Source of the DNA: an uncultured Chloroflexia bacterium
GTDB lineage: Bacteria > Chloroflexota > Limnocylindria > Limnocylindrales > CSP1-4
Assembly: GCA_963816905.1 (NCBI GenBank)
Contig: CAWFMQ010000016.1
Location: 23,817 to 87,816 of the forward strand
DNA: 64,000 nucleotides
Direction of reading: 5' to 3'
Shown here piece after piece: positions 1 to 8,633 of the stretch. The notes beneath the pieces are model-generated. The model was given only the letters and a program-made list of their open reading frames with translations, had not been told where the DNA came from and made no database searches. The translations under genes and the position numbers were made by a program. Positions within the stretch are counted from its first letter, which is position 1. The number at the start of each line of letters is the position of its first letter.

Positions 1-2260
1 GGCATCGGCCACCAACTCGGGTTCGGGCTCCGGTTCGGCCACCAACTCGGCGACGGCGACCTGCTCGGGCTCCGGTTCGGCCACCAACTCGGCGACCGGC
101 TCGGGCTCCGGTTCGGCCACCAACTCGGCGACCAACTCGGGCTCGGGTTCTGGTTCGGCGACGAACTCGGCTTCGGCGACCGGCTCGGGTTCGGCAGCGA
201 ATTCGGCGACGGCTTCGGCGACCAACTCGGGTTCGGGCTCCGGTTCGGCCACCAACTCGGCGACGGCGACCGGCTCGGGCTCGGGTTCTGGTTCGGCGAC
301 GAACTCGGCTTCGGCGACCGGCTCGGGTTCGGCAGCGAATTCGGCGACAGCTTCGGCGTTCCACTCGGGTTGGGGCTCCGGTTCGCCGGCAAACTCGGCG
401 ACGGCGACCGGCTCAAGCTCGGCGACCAGGTCGGGCTCGGGCTCCGCGGCGAGTTGGGCTTCGCCGACCGGCTCGGGTTCGGCGAGCGAATTCGGCGACA
501 GCTTCGGCGTTCCACTCGGGTTCGGGCTCCGGTTCCGCCGGCGAACTCGGCGACGGCGACCGGCTCGGGCTCGGCGACCAGGTCGGGCTCGGGCTCCGCT
601 GCGAGTTGGGCTTCGGCCGACCGGCTCGGGTTCGGTCAGCCGAACTCGGCGACGGCGACCGGCTCGGGCTCCGGTTCGGCCACCAACTCGGCGACCAACT
701 CGGGCTCGGGTTCGGGTTCGGCGACGAACTCGGCTTCGGCGACCGGCTCGGGTTCGGCAGCGAATTCGGCGACAGCTTCGGCGTTCCACTCGGGTTGGGG
801 CTCCGGTTCGCCGGCAAACTCGGCGACGGCGACCGGCTCAAGCTCGGCGACCGGCTCGGGCTCGGGCTCCGCTGCGAGTTGGGCTTCGCCGACCGGCTCG
901 GGTTCGGCGACGAACTCGGCGTCGGCGACCGGCTCGGGTTCGGCAGCGAGTTCGGCGACAGCTCGGCGACCAACTCGGGTTCGGGCTCCGGTTCGGCGGC
1001 AAACTCGGCGACGGCGACCGGCTCGAGCTCGGCGACCGGGCTCGGTCGCGGCAAACTCGGCGACGGCGACCGGCTCGAGCTCGGCGACCAGGTCGGGTTC
1101 GGGCTCGGCGACAAACTCGGCGACGGCGACCGGCTCGAGCTCGGGCTCCGGTTCGGCCACCAACTCGGCGACCAACTCGGGTTCGGGTTCGGGCTCCGCG
1201 ACGAACTCGGCGACGGCGACCGGCTCGGGCTCCGGTTCGGCCACCAACTCGGCGACCAACTCGGGTTCGGGTTCGGGCTCCGCGACAAACTCGGCGACGG
1301 CGACCGGCTCGAGCTCGGCGACCAGGTCGGGTTCGGGCTCCGCGACGAACTCGGCGACGGCGACCGGCTCAAACTCGGCGACCAACTCGGCGACCAACTC
1401 GGGTTCGGGCTCGGGTTGGGCGACCAACTCGGCGACCAACTCGGGCTCGGGTTCTGGTTCTGGTTCGGCGACGAACTCGGCTTCGGCGACCGGCTCGGGC
1501 TCCGGTTCGGCCACCAACTCGGCGACCAACTCGGGTTCGGGCTCTGCGACCGCAACGAATTCAGCGACGGCGATCGGCTCGGGCTCCGCGGCCACCAACT
1601 CGGCGACCAACTCGGGTTCGGGTTCGGGTTCGGCGACAAACTCGGCGACGGCGACCGGCTCGGGTTCCGGTTCGGCCACCAACTCGGCGACCAACTCGGG
1701 CTCGGGTTCTGGTTCGGCAACGAACTCGGTTTCGGCGACCGGCTCGGGTTCGGCAGCGAATTCGGCGACGGCTTCGGCGTTCCACTCGGGTTGGGGCTCC
1801 GGTTCGCCGGCAAACTCGGCGACGGCGACCGGCTCGAGCTCGGGCTCCGCAACGAATTCGGCGACGGCTTCAGCGACCAGCTCGGGTTCGGCGACCAGGT
1901 CGGGCTCGGCCTCCGCTGCGAATTCGGCGACGGCTTCGGCGTTTAACTCGGGTTGGGGCTCCGGTTCGCCGGCAAACTCGGCGACGGCGACCGGCTCGAG
2001 CTCGGCGACCGGCTCCGACTCCGGTTCGGCCACCAACTCGGCGACCGGCTCGGCTTCGGGCTCCGCTTCAGCGACGACCTCTGCGACCAGGTCGAGGTCG
2101 GGCTCCGCAATGAATTCGGCGACGAACTCGGCGACGGCGACCGGCTCGGGTTCGGCGACGAATTCGGCGACGGCGACCGGCTCGGGTTCGGCGACAAGGT
2201 CGGGTTCGGCAACCGGCTCGGCATCGGCGACACGTTCGGCTTCGGCGTTGACTTCGGGCT
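1..2260. repeat. Degenerate hierarchical coding tandem-repeat array ([14 protein letters not shown] / ELVAELVA / [15 protein letters not shown] units)
   Basis: Recurrent blocks such as ggttcggccaccaactcggcgaccaactcggg, gacgaactcggcgacggcgaccggctc and gcttcggcgttccactcgggttggggctccggttcgccggcaaactc. Several single-base indels shift the frame. Confidence 0.95.
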
Positions 2261-4162
2261 GGGAATCCGAGGGGAGTTCGACAGAGGGCAGGTCGGCTGT
2301 GCCGTCCGACTCGGCCTCGGACACGGTGGCGTCCGCGAAAAGGTCCGCCCCCGTCGCCGCGACCGCCGGCAGGCTCTCGGACTCCGGCACCGAGGTGACG
2401 AGATCCGCCCACTCCGCTGAGTCCAGGTCTGCCTGGCCGACCGGAAGCGCCTGAAGATCCTCGGCGGCGTGACGGTGATTGCCGGCGTGCTCGTGCGGCT
2501 CGCCCGCGACCTCGGCAAGTGTCTCGATCGGTGTCTCCAAACGGTGCTCGGGCTCGCCTTCGGTCGCCTCGGTGCGCTCCGGCGGGATCGTCCCGAGTTC
2601 GGGCTCGCCCGCGGCTTCGGTCCCAAATGCGGCGAGCTCGGGCCGTACCTCGGCGACCTCGGTGAGCTCCGGCTCAATCGACGCAATCGGTGCGGAGTCG
2701 AACGCCGCGAGCTCCGGCTCGACGTCGGGGACCCAGGACTCGAATGCGGCGAGCTCGGAACTGGCGGCGAGAGCTGCCTCGGCCTCGATCGCGGCGCGTT
2801 CCGACTCGGTTTGGTCCTCGGGCATCCCGACTTCGCGATCTTCGCTGCGCTCGGGCTGGAAGGACGAGTAGTCGCGTTCGGCAAACGCAGACTCGGGCTC
2901 AACCCGCGTCAGCCACGCGAGATCTTCGGGGCCGGAAACCTCGATCGGAGCCGGCGCGGCGGGGAACGGAATGACTTCGTGGAATGCCGCCCCGGGGAGG
3001 AGCGCCACGTGCGCACTGCCGAGGAGGCGGTCTCGGATCGCTGCGTCCATCGCGGCGTCGATCGCGGTCCAGGCGAGCGCCACCGCACCGTCGAAGATGG
3101 CCTGGTCGGCGGCCGGCATGACCGCCGCCCGACTGAAGTCGGGCTGGTGGTTGACGGCCGGACGCGAGTCGATCCCGATCATGGGGTGGATCGACGGCAC
3201 GACGTGCGACACGTCGCCCATGTCCGTCGACACCGTCATCGCGGCGCCGGGCGGGAAGTGCCGGCCGATCGCCTCGGCGTTTCGGCGGTACAGGGCCACG
3301 AGGTCGGGATCGTGGAGCATGTCGGCGTAGGCAACGCCCTCCACGAACGTCAGCTCTGCACCGGTCGCCAACGCGCCGGCTTCGAAGCAGGACCGGACCC
3401 GGGCGGTCAGCTCGACCAGCCGTTCACGCGTCGTCGAGCGGGTCATGAACGAGGCGGTCGTGTGCGCCGGCACGATGTTCGCCGCGTCGCCGCCCTTCGT
3501 CACGATGCCGTGGACCCGGTCGCCCGGCATGAGGTGCTGCCGCAGCAGCCCGATCGCTGCCTGCGCGATGACCAGCGCGTCGGCCGCGTTCACGCCAAGC
3601 TCGGGGAAACCGGCCGCGTGCGCTTCCCGGCCCGTGTAGGCGATGTCCAGCTGCTGGACGGCCAGGATCTCCGGCGCGACGATGTCATCCGGCCCGGGAT
3701 GCACCATCAGCGCAGCGTGCACGCCGTCGAATGCACCCGCGTCGATCAGCTGCAGCTTGCCGCCGCCGCCCTCCTCGGCGGGCGTTCCGAGCAGCGTGAC
3801 GCGCAGCCCCAGGTCGTCGGCGACCGCGGCGAGGGCGATCGCCGCACCGACCGAACGTCGCGGCAATCACGTTGTGACCACACGCGTGCCCGACGCCCGG
3901 CAGAGCGTCGTACTCGGCACAGACTGCGATGTGCAACGGTCCGGGTCCGATGCTCCCGACGACGGCCGTCTGCAGGCCGCCAAAGCCGCTGACGGACGTC
4001 GAAACGCCCGCGCGTGAGCCATTCCGCGACCCAACCGGACGCCAGCACTTCCTGGTACCCCAGTTCCGGGTTCGCGTGCATCCAGTGGCTCAGACCGACG
4101 AGGGCAGGATGCGCCTCGGCCAGGAGCGTTCGGGCGGTCTGCTTCGGGTCGGAGCCGTTCAT
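1..4162 (-). CDS. M20/M20D family amidohydrolase fused to a very long acidic Glu/Pro/Ala/Val low-complexity repeat tail (frameshifted; runs off the window start)
   Basis: The N-terminus [17 protein letters not shown] (4162), [15 protein letters not shown] (3685-3936 frame) and [26 protein letters not shown] (636-3866 frame) are M20D motifs. Indels near 3990 and 3860 split them. After about 3020 the frame becomes [12 protein letters not shown]-type repeats continuing to position 1. Confidence 0.85.
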
Positions 4163-4365
4163 GGCGATCCTTTCCCCGTTTGAAAGGGCAGGCCTTGCGA
4201 CCCAGTGAGACCAGCACCCGGCGAATGGCGCCGGCGGTGCCTATCGCGCGCAATCTAATGTGGCCATTCAAAATCGACGAGCCTGACCTGTGTCCAGTCG
4301 GCGATAGGACCGGTGGGACTACGCTACGGAGTGGTCAAGATGACTATGCAGGCGCCCTGTGCGTG

Positions 4366-4493
4366 TGCTAGGGTGCGGCTGTCATCGTCCGAATACGTTC
4401 GGGCACATATCGCCGGACACACGACTCACTCCTCTCACGGTTCCCGCGAGACACACGGTCGCGGGAGCCGGCCTGTAGAAGGAGTGGTTTTCT
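4366..4493 (+). promoter_or_regulatory. Extended -10 promoter and structured 5' leader with an SD-sequestering hairpin
   Basis: TGcTAGGGT at 4366-4374. Hairpin GTCCGAA-TACG-TTCGGGC at 4387-4404. CACTCCT (4427-4433) pairs with AGGAGTG (4480-4486) and encloses a 12-bp stem 4438-4449/4459-4470. Confidence 0.6.
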
Positions 4494-4878
4494 TTGTACA
4501 CGGATAAGACGCTGACCTGCGCGGACTGCGGCAAACAGTTCACGTTCACTGCCAGCGAGCAGGAGTTCTACGCCGACCGGCAGTTCAGCGAGCCGCGACG
4601 CTGCTCGTCCTGCCGAGCGAGCCGCAAGGCCGCACGCTCCGGTGGCGGCGGGGGCTACGACAGCGGCAGCAGCAGCTACTCGGGCGGATACTCGTCCGGG
4701 GAGCAGCTACGGCTCGAGTGGCGGCGGCTACTCGTCGGGTGGATATCGCGATCGGCCGGCGCGCGAAATGTTCGAGGCGACGTGCTCGAGCTGCGGCAAC
4801 ACCGCAAAGGTGCCGTTCCGTCCTACCAGCGGCAAGCCCGTCTACTGCGCCGACTGTTTCGCAAAGCGGCGCGCTTAG
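4494..4878 (+). CDS. Zinc-ribbon / CxxC-x17-CxxC domain protein with Gly/Ser/Tyr linker (one frameshift near 4700)
   Basis: DKTLTCADCGKQFTFTASEQEFY...PRRCSSCR, then in the adjacent frame REMFEATCSSCG..AKVPFRP..GKPVYCADCF*. SD AGGAG and TTG start. Confidence 0.9.
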
Positions 4879-4900
4879 TATTTCTGACGCAACTGTCAGG

Positions 4901-4930
4901 CGACCCCCGGAACCTGGTCCCGGGGGTCGT
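4901..4930. terminator. Intrinsic terminator hairpin between convergent genes
   Basis: cgacccccgg-aacctggtc-ccgggggtcg stem directly after the zinc-ribbon stop, followed by ttcgatt. Confidence 0.7.
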
Positions 4931-4969
4931 TCGATTCCTTGTGGGCTCGGCGGTCGAGACGTCGGGTGG

Positions 4970-5560
4970 TCAGCGCGGGCCCCCGCTGCCGCTGCTCGGC
5001 ACCCGGTCGCGCACCACCTCGATGGACGGTGGGCGGGCCGCGGCGCCACCTCGGACGGAATCGGCATCCGGTGTCCTGGCTGCCTCTGGTCGCTGCATGT
5101 GCAGCTCGCCATCGATGAACCCGCCCTCGTGCAACATGAGGCTCACGGTCTCGATCTCGCCCTTGATGAGGCCCGTCGAGCGCAACTCGAGTCGCTGACG
5201 GCAGATGAGCTTGCCCGAGTATTCGCCCGAGACGATGGCCTCATCGGTTGTCAGGTCGGCGTCGACCTTGGCACCCTGCTCGATGACGACCGATGAGGTC
5301 GCCTCGATGTGGCCCTGGAACTGCCCGAGGACTCGAAGACCCTTCGTGCTGCGAAGCGTTCCTTCGAAGCGATCGTCGCGGGCCACCACCGATTGTTCTT
5401 GTGCGTCGTTTCGGATCATAGGGGGAGCCTCCGTCGTGACCGGGACTGCGATCGCTTCGCGCATTCCGGGAGCGCTGGTCGACACCGGGATCGGCGTCAT
5501 TCTCATGTTGGTCGCTCGTGGGTCCTCGTTTGCAGGGCGGTCGTTGCGACTTCTGAACAT
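4970..5560 (-). CDS. Bactofilin (polymer-forming cytoskeletal protein) 1
   Basis: SVVARDDRFEGTL..LRVLGQFQGHI..VVIEQGAKVDADL..AIVSGEYSGKL..LELRSTGLIKGEI..LMLHEGGFIDGELHM is the bactofilin beta-helix pattern. Strong SD GGAAGGAGG before the ATG at 5560. Confidence 0.9.
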   Translation of the reverse strand: MFRSRNDRPANEDPRATNMRMTPIPVSTSAPGMREAIAVPVTTEAPPMIRNDAQEQSVVARDDRFEGTLRSTKGLRVLGQFQGHIEATSSVVIEQGAKVDADLTTDEAIVSGEYSGKLICRQRLELRSTGLIKGEIETVSLMLHEGGFIDGELHMQRPEAARTPDADSVRGGAAARPPSIEVVRDRVPSSGSGGPR

Positions 5561-5812
5561 CCCGGCCTCCTTCCGCTGGCCGGTCCTGACGCTTTGCGAC
5601 GTCGCAACTCGGCCACCACTGCGCTGCGCAACCGGCCGGCAGACTCGGACGCCGTCTGCGGGAAGGAGGGCCACCGCAGTGCGCGAGGCCGATCGTTGAC
5701 CGGCGTCCCCGCCTGGTTTCCGGCTGGCTTGCGCCTTCACGTTTCGGGGACCCGTACCGTCCGGGACCCGTCACGAGCGCTCCCCGATCGGTTGGGGGCT
5801 CCATGGAGTGTA
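5561..5812 (-). promoter_or_regulatory. Promoter (-10 TACACT) plus ~240-nt highly structured 5' leader, candidate unclassified riboswitch
   Basis: -10 at 5807-5812, multiple 6-9 bp helices, a GCAA tetraloop, and a perfect anti-SD CCUCCUUCC (5661-5669) against SD GGAAGGAGG (5566-5574). Confidence 0.55.
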
Positions 5813-5864
5813 GACGCACGCCGCAATAGAGCCGTGTCGGGGAGGCGGAGGTGGCCCGGCGTGA

Positions 5865-6422
5865 TCAGCCGATCGGCTCTGCTCCCGGGCCCGGTGCCGG
5901 GCTGGCCGCGGCATCGGAACCGCTGGGACGCGTCGCGGCGCCTCCCCGGATGGTCGATTCCTGCGGGGCAGGCTGCGGGAGCATGTGGATCTCGCCCTCC
6001 AGGGCCGCGCCCTCGTGCAGCATCAGGCGCATCGTCTGGAGCTTGCCGCTCAGCCTCCCGCTCGGCCGGACCTCGAGACGCTGCCGGCAGGTCATGTTCC
6101 CGGTGTACTGACCGGCGACGACGACCTCGTCCGCCGTGATGTCCGCGTCGACCTTGGCACCTTCCTCGATCGTGACCGAGGGCGCGTCGATCTTGCCCTT
6201 GACCTGACCGAGCACTCGGACGGCGCGATGGGCGGAGATGCTGCCTTCGAACTGGTCCTCACGCGCCACGAACGTCAGGTCGGCCTGACCCGCCACCTCA
6301 ACCGGCTGCGGGGCCGGAGGTGGTGCGGTCGGAATCTCGCGCACGTGACTGGGGGCGACGGGCTGCGCCCCCGGGCGTCGGAGGTCCTCGTTCGGGTTCC
6401 GGTCGGGACTTCCTCTGAACAT
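5865..6422 (-). CDS. Bactofilin 2 (paralog)
   Basis: TFVAREDQFEGSI..VRVLGQVKGKI..VTIEEGAKVDADI..RLMLHEGAALEGEIHM. SD GGGGAGG before the ATG at 6422. Clearly paralogous to 4970-5560, including the MFR N-terminus and RGGAA.RP C-terminal motif. Confidence 0.9.
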   Translation of the reverse strand: MFRGSPDRNPNEDLRRPGAQPVAPSHVREIPTAPPPAPQPVEVAGQADLTFVAREDQFEGSISAHRAVRVLGQVKGKIDAPSVTIEEGAKVDADITADEVVVAGQYTGNMTCRQRLEVRPSGRLSGKLQTMRLMLHEGAALEGEIHMLPQPAPQESTIRGGAATRPSGSDAAASPAPGPGAEPIG

Positions 6423-6610
6423 GATGACCTCCCCTGCACGACCGAGTGAACATCGATTGCGGGTGGACTCGGGCAACCTTGCCGGCGCGGCGGCGAGCCG
6501 CCAGTGTACGGCACGCCCCGTCGAGCCATCGTTCTGAGCTCCGTGCCGGGTCGAAGTATCCGTGGCGCAGGCACCGATGCGCAAGGGATGGTGATGTCGG
6601 CGGGCGCGGA

Positions 6611-6687
6611 TGGTAGGGGAGCCTGGACTCGAACCAGGAACCAGCCGGATATAAGCCGGCCGCTCTAACCGATTGAGCTACTCCCCC
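6611..6687 (-). tRNA. tRNA-Ile with anticodon UAU (77 nt, encoded CCA)
   Basis: GGGGGAG-TA-GCTC-AATCGGTTA-GAGC-G-GCCGG-CT-TAT-AT-CCGGC-TGGTT-CCTGG-TTCGAGT-CCAGG-CTCCCCT-A-CCA gives a full cloverleaf with A73 discriminator. Upstream -10-like TAGCAT at 6721-6726. Confidence 0.93.
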
Positions 6688-6791
6688 GCCGCGTCGGTGC
6701 CCATGGGTGCCGACCGATCGATGCTACACCTCGCCGATCCGAGATGGACAATTGCCGGCCCACGGAGGCCCCGACGATCCAGGCGACCAAC

Positions 6792-7196
6792 TCACCCGAA
6801 CAGCGGCCGGATGACCTGGAACACGACGACGAGGCTGAGGTAGACGATGGGGAGCGCGGCGAAGAACCCGAGCAGTGCCGCCCATCCCGATCGCCGGCGC
6901 TCGTGCCCGACGCCGGTCGGCAGTTCCACCCACAGGTATGTCAGGAGGCTGCCGATCACGACGACCGCTGCGACGTAGAGTCCCACCACCTCTGTGCGCA
7001 GGTCACCGCCCGGCAGGGACGCGCCGTGGGCGATCAGCAACTCGTAGGCGAGGATGAGAACGCCGCCGACGGCCGCCACGGCCAGGTTTGCCAGCACGGC
7101 ACGCAGGACGGGAGGCGGTGGGTTGCGCGCCTGGCGCCATCGCACTTCCCACCACGAACGCCGACGAGGGGCCGGTGGCCGCGGAGCATCGGTCAT
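6792..7196 (-). CDS. Hypothetical membrane protein (3 TM)
   Basis: Three hydrophobic segments. Start is coupled to the end of the upstream gene. Confidence 0.7.
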   Translation of the reverse strand: MTDAPRPPAPRRRSWWEVRWRQARNPPPPVLRAVLANLAVAAVGGVLILAYELLIAHGASLPGGDLRTEVVGLYVAAVVVIGSLLTYLWVELPTGVGHERRRSGWAALLGFFAALPIVYLSLVVVFQVIRPLFG

Positions 7197-8397
7197 TCAC
7201 GGACTCCGCCAGCACGGCGATCACCGGCCGGTGGGGCACGGAGTCGGGCGTGTGGCGCGCCAGCAGTGCGACACCCTCCAGGAACCGGGCCAGTTCGTCC
7301 TCGGTGTTCCACGCCCCCAGGCTGGCGCGGATCGCGCCCGATTCGCGCTCGCCACGCACGACCGAGAGAATGGCGTGGACACGGTGCTCCAGCTCATCGG
7401 CTGCCTGCTCGGCGCCCCAGCGGCGAATTCGAAAGGTGGCAATCGCTGCCGCGCGGTCGAGCGGGCTGAGCAGCTCGACCCCGTCGATCGCGGCAAGCCC
7501 GCGGACAAGGAGCGACGACAGGCGCTCCGTCCGTTCGTAGAGCCATGGAAGGCCAACGTACATCTCGAGCCACCCCACAGACCTGGCCAGCCCGAGTGCC
7601 GCCGTCCGCGGCAGCGGGTCCAGCTCCGGTGCACCGTCGGGAGGGCGGACCAGCGGGGCCGCGGCGCCGACGCGGACATCTCGATCGACCCAGAGGGCCC
7701 CGGTACCCTCGGGTCCGAGCAGCCAGCGGTGACCGGGCAGCGCGACGAAGGCCGCTCCAGCGGAGGTGACCTCCAGCGGCAGGACGCCGGCCGCGCACCC
7801 GGCGTCGAGGCCGAGCGCCGCGCCGTGGGCGGCCGCCAGGTCCGCGACGCCGGCAATCGGCATCCGGGCCCCCGTCGACTCGTCCACGATCGGTGCGATC
7901 ACGAGGCGTGCTGGTCCGGCGAGCGCCTCGGCCAGGGCATCGAGCACGCCGGTCTCGCCTGCATCCGGCTCGGTGGCCACGATGTCGAGGCGCGCGCGCG
8001 ATTCGCGAGCCACCATCGTCAGGAGCCCGAGGGCTCGGTCGGACGGCGGGCCGACTGTGATCATTCGATCGCCGGGGCCCAGGCCGAGCAACCGCACGCC
8101 GCGGGCCAGCGCGTCGTTCAGGCCGTGCGCGAGGCGCACCTCGCTCGGCTCGCCCCCGAGCAGCGCCGCCAGGACGGCTCGTGCCTCGTCCTCGCGCAGC
8201 GCCGCGTCCTCGGCCCGATCCGGACCGCCCCGTCCCGTCCGCAGGTCCCAGGCATCCGCGTCGCTCATCGCCCGGGCCGTTTCGGCCGGAAGCGGTCCCG
8301 CGGTGACCGTGTCCAGGTAGATGCCGGCACCGGTCGCGGGAAGTGCCTCGCGGAGTGCCGCGACCTTCTGCTCGTCAGGAAGAAACGCGTCCACCAT
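7003..8397 (-). CDS. Class V PLP-fold protein (cysteine desulfurase / isopenicillin epimerase-like), degenerate active site
   Basis: IYLDTVTAGPLP, GLDAGCAAG, LPGHRWLLGPEGTGALW and IRASLGAWNTEDEL motifs. The true end is probably near 7195, with readthrough to 7003 likely caused by an indel. Confidence 0.8.
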   Translation of the reverse strand: MVDAFLPDEQKVAALREALPATGAGIYLDTVTAGPLPAETARAMSDADAWDLRTGRGGPDRAEDAALREDEARAVLAALLGGEPSEVRLAHGLNDALARGVRLLGLGPGDRMITVGPPSDRALGLLTMVARESRARLDIVATEPDAGETGVLDALAEALAGPARLVIAPIVDESTGARMPIAGVADLAAAHGAALGLDAGCAAGVLPLEVTSAGAAFVALPGHRWLLGPEGTGALWVDRDVRVGAAAPLVRPPDGAPELDPLPRTAALGLARSVGWLEMYVGLPWLYERTERLSSLLVRGLAAIDGVELLSPLDRAAAIATFRIRRWGAEQAADELEHRVHAILSVVRGERESGAIRASLGAWNTEDELARFLEGVALLARHTPDSVPHRPVIAVLAESVNDRCSAATGPSSAFVVGSAMAPGAQPTASRPACRAGKPGRGGRRRRSHPRLRVADRPRRVPAGR

Positions 8398-8516
8398 CGC
8401 GCGGAAGTGTGGCACGCTCCGGAGGCCGCCCTCTCGGCGAGCAGTGCCACGGGCGCCGGCCGCGCGGCTGGAGCGCGTTCGGCACCTGCGCTGAGCGCGA
8501 TTTGCCCCCACCGGGT

Positions 8517-8633
8517 GGCCTACCGCGTCGCCGTCGAGAAGCTGTACCTGCCGCCGGCCTACGGCGTCGCCGTCGAGAAGCTGTACCTGCCGCCGGCCTA
8601 CGGCGTCGCCGTCGAGACGCTGTACCTGCCGCC
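8517..8633. repeat. Three tandem 39-bp copies of the ligase 3' end including its stop codon
   Basis: Unit ggcctacggcgtcgccgtcgagaagctgtacctgccgcc at 8517, 8556 and 8595, with single substitutions between copies. Confidence 0.95.

Noticed and set aside
370-2454. Plus-strand Ser/Ala/Thr/Gly/Asn-rich 694-aa ORF ([12 protein letters not shown] repeats) resembling an ice-nucleation or adhesin protein
   Set aside because: It is the antisense shadow of the Glu/Pro/Val/Ala repeat that is contiguous with the M20 domain, and it has no start context or signal peptide.
5700-5745. Weak similarity of the bactofilin leader to a c-di-GMP-I aptamer (GCAAGCC..GAAA..GGGACGC)
   Set aside because: The following AAAGC and P3 elements are missing, and an alternative fold explains these bases better, so it is left unclassified.
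6590-6800. tRNA as a prophage or island integration site
   Set aside because: No integrase and no duplicated tRNA 3' end were seen in the window.
8517-8633. Possible mini-CRISPR
   Set aside because: The copies are directly adjacent with no spacers and duplicate the ligase 3' end.
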